Source of the DNA: Lama glama
Lineage: Eukaryota
Assembly: GCA_028534125.1 (NCBI GenBank)
Contig: CM052816.1
Span: 95,482,001-95,546,000 of the forward strand
Direction of reading: 5' to 3'
DNA: 64,000 bases
Position numbers and translations under genes: made by a program. Of the stretch, positions 53,581-64,000 are shown piece after piece (position 1 is the stretch's first letter; each line of letters begins with the position of its first letter). The notes beneath the pieces were generated by a model. The model was not told where the DNA came from, made no database searches, and saw nothing but the letters and a program-made list of their open reading frames with translations.

Positions 53581-54188
53581 TTTTTTTTTAAAACATTTTT
53601 TTATTGAGTTATAGTCATTTTACAATGTTGTGTCAAATTCCAGTGTAGAGCACAATTTTTCAGTTGTACATACATATATTCATTGTCACATTTTTTTTCA
53701 CTGTGAGCTACCACAGGGTCTTGTATATATTTCCCTGTGCTATACTGTGTAATCTTGTTTATCTATTCTGCATATGCCTGTCAGTATCTGCAAATTTTGA
53801 ACTCCCAGTCTATCCCTTCCTACCCCCAACCTTGGCAACCACAAGTTTGTATTCTATGTCTATGAGTCTGTTTCTGTTTTGTATTTATGTTTTTTTTTTT
53901 AGATTCCACATATGAGCAATCTCATATGGTATTATTCTTTCTCTTTCTGGCTTACTTCACTTAGAATGACATTCTCCAGGGACATCCATGTTGCTGCAAA
54001 TGGCGTTATGTTGTCATTTTTATGGCTGAATACTATTCCATTGTATAAATATACCACAACTTCTTTATCCAGTCATCTGTTGATGGACATTTAGACTGTT
54101 TCCATATCTTGGCTATTGTAAATAGTGCCACTATGAACACTGGGGTGCAGGTATCTTTTTGAAGTAGGGTTCCTTCTGGATATATGCC
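53581..54188 (-). mobile_element. relatively young 5'-truncated L1 3' end
   Basis: poly-T, attgagttatagtcattttacaatgttgtgtc; peptide [48 protein letters not shown] cttctctgggcttttt / cttccctgggcttttt. Confidence 0.9.
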
Positions 54189-54423
54189 CTTCCCTGGGCT
54201 TTTTGACCAAGGGCCTAGAGTCTCTCTAGTGGCAGAAGTTGTAAGAGACAAAGCTTGGAGTTGCTGACAGGGTGGTCTTGCCCCTCTGGAAAGTCTGTGA
54301 TGAGAGAGGGAAGAGTAAAGCAAGAGTGTGGAGGGGACAGGCTGGAGACAAAGACCCGCAGGGCTCGAGGGCCTGGCTTCATGTGGTCCTGTCCTTGACT
54401 AGCACAAGACAATCCAGCATCCT

Positions 54424-54893
54424 TGTATTAGTTCCTCGTGGCTGCTGTAACAAAGTACCACAAACTAGGGGGCTGGAAACTATGGAAATTTATTCTCTCG
54501 AAGTTCTGGAGGCCAGAAGACCAAGGTCAAGGTGTTGGCACGATTGGTTCCTTTTGAGGGCTCTGAGGGAGGGAATCCGTCCAGACCCCTCTGCTTGCTT
54601 CTGGTGATGGTTGGCAGTTCCTGGCATGCCTGTTGTGTGGCTGCGTCACCCCCTCTCTGCCTCTGTTGTTGCATGCATGCTCTCATGTTGTCTCTGTATG
54701 TGTCAGTCTCTGTCTCTTCTCCCTGTTTCATAAGGACATCAGTCATTTTGGACGAGGGCCACCCTAATGACCTCGTCTTAACTTGACCACATCTGCCAAA
54801 ACCCCATTTTCAAACAAGGTCACATTTACGGGTACTGCGGTGAAGACTTGGACTCATCTTTTTTTGGTGGGGGACATAATTCAACCCGTAACA
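54424..54893 (-). mobile_element. MLT1C-like LTR, near full length
   Basis: tgtattagttcctcgtggctgctgtaacaaagtaccacaaact...gggacataattcaacccgtaaca. Confidence 0.85.
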
Positions 54894-56239
54894 CCTTGTA
54901 ATATGTCTTTTCCCTAAGCTTCCCGAAAGTGATCACTGTCTCTTGCAATTTCACTTGGATATGCAGGGGGGCCACCTGAGGCAGAACTCGAGGGCCTGAA
55001 GGCAGAGTGAGTAGGAGGGAAGGAATGCTGAAGTGAGTTAAAGAGGGATTGATTCGTGTTGGGAGGGGATATTTGATTATGATCTGAATTTGTAGAATGA
55101 CTCAAAGGAGAGGTGTATGAGGCTGCATATATTATATTATTGGCTCAACAGAGGAGGTCAGACAGGATTAGAGCTGTTGGGAATCTTGCCTTTGGAAGAG
55201 AGAGAAACCCGGTTCAAAACTGCTTAAGTGAAAAAAAAAAAAGAGAAGTGGAATTAGTAACACATGTAACTGGGAAGACAGGAGATAATCTATATAAAGC
55301 AGAGTAGAACATAACTATTGCTCTTTTATGTGGAAATAACAGAAAGAACAAGGAAATATCTTGTTACTTTGTTTAGAAATTAACAATAGCAATAAGAATA
55401 TTTTAAAAAAATGAGCACCCAACTATATTTGAATCTACGGGCGAACGGGTAACTTTTAAACTAAATAATTACTTAAATTATACATAATGTTACAGGAGTC
55501 TAAAAGAAAGAAGAAAGCTTTTTACTGAAATAGTTAGAAGAGGTTTCATGGAAGAGTTAAAATATCAACTATATTTGTCTGATGAATCACAGAAGATGTT
55601 TATCACAGGTCTGGGGTTGTAAATAAGTGATTGAAGGCTGGAATTTTTTTAGGGCTCATGATTTGAACTCCGGTTTCCGTAGTGCTATTGGAATTCAGAT
55701 AATCACCATTCAATGGGAGGGCATCCATTCAGACTTTTGATTTCTAGACAAAGATGAGAATGGTGAAAAAACTTAAAGAATGTGGATTCTATTCCTAGGT
55801 AGGCAAGGTATCTCGTTTGTTTATTCTTCTTTGATGAGAGGTAAGATATGAGAACAATCAAACCAGTCTCTTAAATTCCTCAACCGAAAGACAGTAGGCA
55901 CTTCAGCTCAATCAGATAAAGTATATAGATTTGAAATTTAATTACTAATCCTACATTAGAATAAGATAAGGAAGCATTTAAGTACCTTGGTTTAGTTTCT
56001 ACCTAATTTTTTGGGGATAAGGAGAAAGCGTTAGAATGTGTGAATGGATGCAGAAAATTAATCTCCTAAAAGGCAAATGGACATTATTCCAGAATAACAG
56101 GAAAGTCAAGTCCCCAGTTTGTTTTAAATTTCAGGGTAAAACCAAAAAACAGAGAAGGGAAGAAGGCACACTGTCCTGTTTGTTGGTGCCTCACTAGCAT
56201 TTCATGATGATTATGTCACCTGATTAATTAGTAGTTCGT

Positions 56240-57800
56240 TTTTTGAAATACATGCACATGATAGAACATTTTAGAGTAAAAAGATAGTTGGGGTAATGTA
56301 GCTCTCCCTCCCACTCCTGATTCTTCAATGTTTCCTCAAAGGTACCCTTGGTCACTGGTTTCTTATGTATACACCTGGCAATCTACTTTGTATCTATTAC
56401 ACAAATGGTAGCATACAGTGTAAACTAATTTGAATTTTTCTTATATTGAAGATCAGTCCAAAAGGATCCGTGAAGCACTGTGCTTTTTAAAATTTTTTGT
56501 TTTTTACAGGAAACGGCACTCGATCATATAGATGTATCATGATATTTTTAATTATCCACTGTTGATATACTTTCAGGTTGTTTACAATCTTTTGCTATTA
56601 GAAATAATGACTTTTTTTTTTGTATATACATGATTTCATACATGTGTGAGTTTACCTGTAGGATAAATTCGCAAAGATAAATGTGTCGGATGGGGGTTGG
56701 TCAGGACAGCAGAAGCTGGTCCACGTAGTTCTAGGGTAAAGATTTTAATGAAGGGAATGAGGCAGATCCAGGTCAGCGAAGGTTAGGAAGATGCAAACAC
56801 CAGTCTCAGGTCAAAACCCCTGAGTGGGTGGTCCTTGCAAACTCACTGCAAAACTGCTGAAGTTCCCAGGAAGCTCTCACCAAGATCTCACGGAGCAGTG
56901 CAATGTGGCAGCTCTCAAGGGCTTGCTGGGAGCAAGCGTCAAACTCATCCTCCACGCTTGGCTCCCCTGTTGTGGGAGGCAATGGCGGCGTTTCTCCTGT
57001 CTCTCATCTGCAGGGGCTTCTCATTGGAGGATGAGCTCAGAACCAACCTGGGAAGGGGTTCTGCGAATGTACCCCCTCCTTTTTCTTTTACAATTCAGAC
57101 TTTAGAAGGGAGTGGGTGGTGATGAAGACAATGCAGTGCAAGCAGTATGTAGGGAAGGGCTGGGTTGATGGGTATGTGAACTTCAAATTTTAATCACTGC
57201 TGCCTAATTGCTGCTCAGAGAGGCTGTACCAATTTACACCTCCAGCCAAGAGTGTAAGAGAGTATTTATAAGAATGCCTCTTTCCTTATACTCTTGCCAA
57301 GACAATGGATTATAAAAAAGTTTAACTTTGTTAACCAAACATGGAAAATAATATTCTATTGTAGTTTCTGATTTGTATTTTTAAATGATGCGATTATTTT
57401 TCATAGTTTTAACAGCCATTTTTCTCCCTGTGACTAGTCTGTTCATGTCCTTTGCCCATTTTTATATTACATTGCTGCACTTTTTCTTATTGATTTATAG
57501 CGCCCTTTGTCATAGTGCCGCAAACATCTACCGGCTCTGGCCTTTTGTTGGCCATGCATAACATTTTAATGTTTTTTACTCAGATTTAAAAAATCTTCCA
57601 TTTATAGCTTTGGATTTTGTGTCATATATCAGAGTCTTTCCCTACTTTGAGAACATGAGGAAATTTGAGAACATGGGCAAATTTGAAATGTCTTCAACAA
57701 TATTTGTGGATTTTTAAAAATGTAAATGACCCATTTGTGATTTATTTTGATAGGATGAGTGTGGTAGGTATTCAACTTGGTATTTTCCACCTGAGTTCAA
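56240..57800 (-). mobile_element. old L1ME-like fragment interrupted at ~56684-57158 by an unrelated LTR-like insert
   Basis: tgtaggataaattc...[insert starting tgtcgg]...gctgggttgatgggtatgtg...gtaccaatttacacctccagcc...catgtcctttgcccattttt. Confidence 0.6.
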
Positions 57801-58419
57801 GGAAAGCAGAGAGTTCTAGATTAAACTATTCTTTCTAGAAGTTACAACTTGCAGACACTCCACCTGTAGGCTTGAGTAGCCTCAGGTCAGGTTGGGCAGG
57901 CAGAGGACTGGGAAGGGCTTTCCAGGCTGGGGCGAAGCTGGAGACGAAATGAGCTTGGCACCTTCACAGCTGGGAGTAAGACTAGCATAGGACGGAGAAG
58001 AGGGAGGGATAGGGTCGGTCCGCCCGGAGGCAGCCAGACTGTGGAAACCCCTCAGGACCAGGCCCAGGTGGTGAGGAATCAGGCTGTGAGCAAGAATGGC
58101 AGTCACTGCATTTTGGGAAGCCTGGCCCCGCAGAGGACTGGGGAGGGCAGGTGACCCAGCGGGGAGCCCAAGAGGAGGCAGCTGTCCCAGCCCCAGGCTG
58201 AGCCGACTCAGGGCTCCTTCCTCAGCGCTGAGTGAGCGGCCGAGGCAGAGGAGCTGCTTACTTGTCTGTTTCAAACCAGAATGCACAGGAGTATCCCTGG
58301 GGTCCGAACAGAGCATCCTCAGGAGGCCTGGGGTTCCATTCTGCTCCAGCTCCAACCCTGAGAACTTCACATCAGACCAGGCATCCTTGTGGGATCCATG
58401 GCTCAGTGATGAGACTTAA

Positions 58420-58600
58420 CATTTGCACATGTCATCTCATTTAATCCTCACCTGCGATCATCCCCATTCTATAGATTAGGAAACTGAGGCTTAAATAAAT
58501 CAGCCAACTCACTCAAAGTCACAGGGATTGAAAGTGGTGATGCCCGGCTTGAGAAGAGTTTTTCTGACTCCAGGACTGAGCTCTTCACTGCTCTGAAGTT
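58420..58600 (-). mobile_element. MIR SINE
   Basis: catctcatttaatcctcac...ccccattctatagattaggaaactgaggctt...ctcaaagtcacag. Confidence 0.75.
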
Positions 58601-59175
58601 CCCTCTGCGACTCAGGGTCAGCAAAAGGTTTTCTCTGCTGTTGGTTATGAGCAAAGGGCAAAGATTTCTGTACATGTGTAAATTGTTCCATTGTAATTAA
58701 AAACATACCTAGACATTGGGATGTACAAGAAAGTAATTCTGAATTGTTGACGTACTTTCTGGTCTGAGCAGGTGGATGCCTACATAGATTTTTAGGAACT
58801 GCTTTGGGGAAGACATCCCCTGCCTCCCAAATTTCCTGTCCTGGCTTCTCACAGATGCCTGGCGTTCTTTCAAAAGGAGACAAGGGCTTTCATGGGAGAT
58901 AAGGTTTGAACTAAAGCCCGGGCTGCTGTCTGTTCCTCTGTGCCCTTTACGTTCTCTGCAGGGCACAGGAGGCAGAGATTTGATTATTTTTTCTGGAACA
59001 TGGGAGGACAAAAGGTGGTTTTTAAAATAATGTTTGTCCTTCACATTCACTTGCTATTTTTGTGCAATTATTTGATAAGAAAACCAAAGTTATGGGGTTG
59101 GTCGTGTTTATATGAAAGGGAGGGAACTAAGTCTCTAAGCACAGGCTCTAAGCACTAAGCAGACGATGACGAAAT

Positions 59176-59353
59176 CAGGGCTGGCTGCAGGGGCACCCGA
59201 GCTGGGCAGTGGTTCAGGGTCCTGCACCTAGAAAGGCCACGTGCTTCATTTAACACTCCACTGTCGTTGTCTTAGAATTCTTAAGAGTTTTTGAACAAGG
59301 AAACTTGCATTTTTGTTTTGTACTGAGTCCCACCAACTAGGTATGTGTTCCTG
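59176..59353 (+). mobile_element. MER45A-like hAT-Tip100 fossil
   Basis: cagggctggct...ctgtcgttgtcttagaattcttaagagtttttgaacaagg...ttcctg with CAGG/CCTG termini. Confidence 0.75.
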
Positions 59354-60277
59354 CCTGAAACAGTGTGGTGAGGAGCACTTGTAGAAACTTGGGAGAGAAT
59401 ACTTTATTGATCCCCAGTAACATCCTGCATCTCAAGGGTAGGTGATGAACTATTGGAGGCCCAGGTGCCGGGAGCAGACTGGTGAGGTTTTATATAGGGT
59501 TGCCACCCGCATCTCTCTGCAGGCGCCTCTGTAACGTTTCTGCGCTCTTCCTTGCTGTAACGATCCACAGCCCATAATTAAAGCAGCAGAGCTGTTATTG
59601 AGAGAAATGCGAGAGCCAAGCTCGCAACAAGGACCTTTGCTCCAAACTCACGATTGTTTATCCTCCAAGATTCTGTGATCCTGTCTCCTTGGGGCTCTTC
59701 GTATCTTGTGATATATGGTACCTGTCTATTAACATTGGAAGAATTTCCAGGTGGATCCTGTTTCTCCTGTCAGCCTGGTACCAAACAAAGCACTTAGGTG
59801 AGTGGGTTTTGAACCTGGTTCATATTAAATCACTTGCTGAAGTCCAGGAAAGAAAATAAAATAAACTTGTGGTTGTTGAAGCAAAGATGCCTCAACGGCT
59901 GCATCCTCTTCCTCCCACCCTCCTTCCCTCCCACCTCTAGGGTCCTGTGGAGCAAAGGTTTAAAAACTCCTGGCTTAGATCCATATATGGTTCTACCAAT
60001 GTTGGTCCAGATCTAAGCTTACTTAAATCTGAAACATTGCAGCTGAGAGCACAAAAATTACAAAAACAGTGAAACTTCTCTATGGTAAAAGGTACTGCTG
60101 AGTATTAAAGTAGTTTAGAGGCACTGTTCAGCGGAACAAAGGAAGTGGAGAGAAGAAGGCAGAGCAGGCTGGCTGTGTCCTTGGGTGTTGCAGCTTAAAT
60201 ACCCATTACAGATTCCTCAGTTCTTCGTGAGTATCTGCTTTTTCAATCTTGTCATTGTATTGCTTCATTCAGTTCTT

Positions 60278-60354
60278 TTTTTTTTTTAATTTGAGGTAGT
60301 GGGGATTGAACCCAGGACCTCGTGCATGCCAAGCTGCCCTACACCCTCTCCTAT
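60278..60354 (-). mobile_element. short Vic-1-type SINE with internal deletion
   Basis: poly-T, gaggtagtggggattgaacccaggacctcgtgcatgccaagc; TSD ttcattcagttctt (60264-60277) / ttcattcaattctt (60355-60368). Confidence 0.8.
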
Positions 60355-60509
60355 TTCATTCAATTCTTGCAACAACCCTAGAAAGCAGGGTAGTGGGGTA
60401 GGTTGATCACATGAACGGGCTCAGTGAATGGCCCCGCCCCCTAACTTTTTAGACTCCTCCCACTCTGAGGCTGGGCTTGGCCACATGACTTGTTTTGACC
60501 AATGGGATG

Positions 60510-60989
60510 TATACGTAGATAGAGACAGATATAGAAGAGGAAATTTATTATAGAAATTGGCTCACATGGTTACAGAGGCTGAGAAATCCCCCAGTGTCTC
60601 TACAAACTGGAAACCCAGGAAAGCTGATGGTGTAATTCAGCCGCTGCCTGAAGGCCTGAGGTTGCGGTGGTGGCGGCGGTTTAAGTCCCAGCCTGAGTCT
60701 GAAAGCCCAAGCGTCAGGAGTGCCTTCGTCCCAGGGCAGGAGAAGGTGGCTGTGTCTGCTCAGGCAGAGCGTGAGGTCACCTTTCCTCCACCTGTTCGTT
60801 TCATTCAGGACCTCAGTGGCTTGGATGAAGGCCGCTGGCAGTGGTGAGGGCATCTTCCCTGCTCGGTCTGCTGATTCAAGTGCTGGTCTCTCCTGGAGAC
60901 ACCCTGACCGGAGCATCAGAGACCGTGTGTAACCAGCTCTCTGGACATCCCTTAGCCCAGCCAGGTCGATACAGACGCCAAGAATCACA
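60510..60989 (-). mobile_element. MLT2B-like ERVL LTR
   Basis: atttattatagaaattggctcacatggttacagaggctgagaaatccc...aaactggaaacccaggaaagctgatggtgtaattcag. Confidence 0.8.
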
Positions 60990-61591
60990 GCCTGGAACGG
61001 AAATTCTAGCCCTTTCCCCAGCCTTCCCATCTTCTGTCAGCACTTTCCACCCTTTTTGTCATTTTCTCATGGATTTCTCTCCATAACTCTAAATACAACA
61101 CTTATACTGCGATTTCTTGACTTTCAGTTTTAGATTACAGTTTTATTACTGTTGAATTTATATTATGAAAAATCAGGATTTACCTGTAGTTCTCATGTGA
61201 ATGTATTACCCTCACATCTCCCCTTAAAATGCCGAACATATATAATCTGTGTGTGTGTGTGTGTATGTAATTCCCCTTTCTCCACATTCAAGGATGGATG
61301 GGTTTACCTGTCTAGTGTTTTCATTATTTTAGGTCTGAAATCTCGTTTACAGATGAGACGAATTCCATTTTAGTGACATATTTCATTTCCTGAGCATTTT
61401 TCGGTTCCTTCTATTGAAATTTGTTTTCTTCTTCTCCTCTTTCTCTCTTCATCCCTCTCTTTGGCATTTTCTTTCCACACTGTCAACCAGCCATTTCTAC
61501 CCCCAACTTTTATTCCAAGTTTCCACAAGGTCAAACCTCTCAGATAACCTCTCAGATGTCTGTTTGGATAAGCTACTGAGACTTTGTGTTT

Positions 61592-63285
61592 TTCCTCCCA
61601 GCTTTATTGAGATATAATTGACATATCACATTGTGTAAATTTAAGGTGTGCAGTGTGATGAGTTTATACACTTATATTTTGTAAAATGATACCACAAGGG
61701 GGTTCATTAATACCTCCATCACCTCACATAGTTACTATCTTGTTGTGGTGAGAATGTTTAAGATCTACTTTCTTAGCAAATGTCACGTGTACATAGTATC
61801 AGCTGTATTTGACTACAGTCATCATGCTGTACGTTAGGTCCCCAGAACTGATTCATCTTACAACCGGACATTTGTCTCCTTTAGTCAACATCTCCTCATT
61901 TCCCCAACCCCACCCCTGGCAACCACCATTCTACTCTTTGTTTCTGTGAGTTCAGATTCCACATATAAGTGAGATCATACAGTATTTATTTTTCTCTGTC
62001 TGACTTATCTCATTTAGCATAATGCCTTCAAGGTCCATCCATCCATCCATCCATCCATTTTATAGCAAAAGGCACGCTTTTCTTCTTTTTTAAGGGTGAC
62101 TAACATTCCACTGTATGTGTGTGTGTATATATCTCACATCTTCTTTATCCATTCATCCAGAGATGGGCATTTAGGTTATTTCCATATCTTGGCTATTGTG
62201 AATAATGTTGCAATGAACATGAGGGTGCAGATATCTCTTTAAGATACTGATTTCATTTCCTAAATATACACCCAGAAGTAGGATTGCTGGATCATATGGT
62301 AGTTCTATTTTTAATTTTTGAGGACTCTCCATATTGTTTTACATAATGGTTCTACCAACTTACATTCCTACCAACAGTGCACAAGGATTCCTCTTTCCTC
62401 TACACCCTCGCCAACACTCTTCTAGGAATGTTACAGTTTCAGTTCTGTGTTTAAATCTTTAATCCCTTTTGAGTTAATTTTTGTGAGTGGTGTAAGACAG
62501 AGGTCCAATTTCATTCTTCTGCATGGGATCATCCAGTTCTCCCTACACCGTTTATTGGCGAGACTATTCTGTCCTTACTGAGTATTCTTGGCTCTCTTAT
62601 CAGATGTTAGTTGACTGTACATGTACAGGTTTACTTCTGGGCTCTAGATTCTGTTCCACTGGCCCATGTGTATATTTTTATACATACTGTTTTGATTAGT
62701 ATGACTATGTAATAAAGTTTGAAATCAGAAAGTGTGATGCCTCCAGCTTTGTTCTTTCTCAAGACGGCTTTGGCTATTTGAGGTCTTTTGTGATTATAAA
62801 CAAATTTTAGGATTGCTTTTTCTATTTCTGTGAAAAATACCATTGGAATTTTGATAGAGATTGCATTGAATCTGTAGATTGCTTTGGGTAGTATGAATAT
62901 TTTAAGAATATTAATTCTTCCAATCCATGAACACAGGATGTCTTCCTATTTTTTAGTGTCTTCTTCAATTTCTTTCATTAAAGTCTTGTACTTTTCAGTG
63001 TACACCTCCCTGGTTAAGTTTATTCATAATTATTTTATTGTTTTTAATGCTTTTGTAATTGTTTTGTTTATTTTGCTGTTAGTGTATAGAAATGCAACTG
63101 ATTTCTGATTTTTAAAAAATTTTGTATCTTGCAACTTTACTAAATTTGTTTTTTAATCTTAATAGTATTTAGGTGATCTTTAGGATTATCTGTATGTAAG
63201 ATTGCATCATCTGCAAAAAGAGACAATTTTACTGTTTCTTTTTCGATTTGGATGCATTTTGTTTCCTTTTCTTGCCTAATTGTCA
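61592..63285 (-). mobile_element. L1MA-like 3' region with an internal deletion near 62415
   Basis: cccagctttattgagatataattgac 3' end; ORF 62631-62843 [43 protein letters not shown] is L1 ORF2. Confidence 0.9.
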
Positions 63286-63539
63286 GTCATGAGATTTTGT
63301 GGTTATTTGTCATGTAGGATTATTGTAGCAGTAGCTGAGTAATAAAGAGGCTTCCTTTATATGTCTAGATATCCTTGGCTGGTGGTTCACTTTGGGGAAT
63401 GGAGCACTGAAAAGGTGCTCGAGACTGGGTACATAGACGGGGCTTTTTGGCTGTATCGTGACTGTGCGGTGATATAGCCATTTGGTGGGGAGCCTTCAAA
63501 TGTCAGTGTCTGCAGATCTTGCTATTGTGCCACCGCTTT

Positions 63540-63805
63540 TCCTGGATGTCCTTGTCCCTTTACTGGAATTTACGTCCACAACCTGATGGATATCTGTTAT
63601 ATCCTCATATAGCAGAGAGTGAGAGGGAGAAAGAGGGAGAAAGCTCTTGGGTCTCTACTCATGAGGGCACTAATCCCATTCATGGAGGCTCCACCCTCAA
63701 GACCAGATCATCTCCTAAAGGTCTCACTTCCTAATTCCATCATATTTGGGGTTAAGATTTCAACATATGAATCTTGGGGAGGACGCAAACATTAAGTCCA
63801 TAAAA
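63540..63805 (-). mobile_element. MLT1A-like LTR fragment
   Basis: gagggcactaatcccattcatggaggctccaccctc...gatttcaacatatgaatcttggggaggacgcaaacattaagtccata. Confidence 0.75.
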
Positions 63806-64000
63806 CATCATGAGATAAAGAGTCTGAAGTGGATAATGCTGAACTCCAGGGGCCCTGATGCCGGCTTACCTCCCATACAAGTCAGCAGGTGCTTCCCTGA
63901 TCTTCTTGCCTCTCCTGCTTGACATGGAGGGGTCAGAAGCTGCATTCAGCAAGCAGTGATAGAAGCACAAGCTTTGCTGTCCATCATTCCACTTAACAAC

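Noticed and set aside
26300..64000. Additional protein-coding or RNA gene downstream of ATPSCKMT
   Set aside because: All recognisable peptides are degenerate L1 ORF2 fragments. No exon chain or structured RNA was recognisable, although a lncRNA cannot be excluded from sequence alone.

Overview
Mammalian genomic DNA, very probably camelid (camel/alpaca/llama), judged from six tRNA-derived Vic-1-type SINEs. Two intron-containing genes sit head-to-head, with ATGs only 429 bp apart across a shared CpG-rich promoter. CCT5 (chaperonin TRiC/CCT epsilon) is on the minus strand, CDS 10284->2449. Exons 1-3 and 7-11 are present with canonical GT-AG sites; exons 4-6 are missing and must lie in the 500-N assembly gap at 6514-7013. 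ATPSCKMT/FAM173B (ATP synthase c-subunit lysine methyltransferase) is on the plus strand with five coding exons, 10714->25373, 239 aa as written. From about 26.3 kb to the end I see no gene, only transposon-rich intergenic DNA (L1, L2, MIR, MLT/ERV LTRs, hAT and TcMar fossils, Vic-1 SINEs, microsatellites) and a second 500-N gap. I find no convincing new biological system. The most unusual observations are a solo LTR flanked by a 41-bp direct duplication, an apparent 1-nt frameshift remodelling the ATPSCKMT C-terminus inside a very GC-rich last exon, and several structurally odd retrotransposon insertions. Repeat family names and human ortholog comparisons come from memory of consensus and protein sequences and need confirmation by search.
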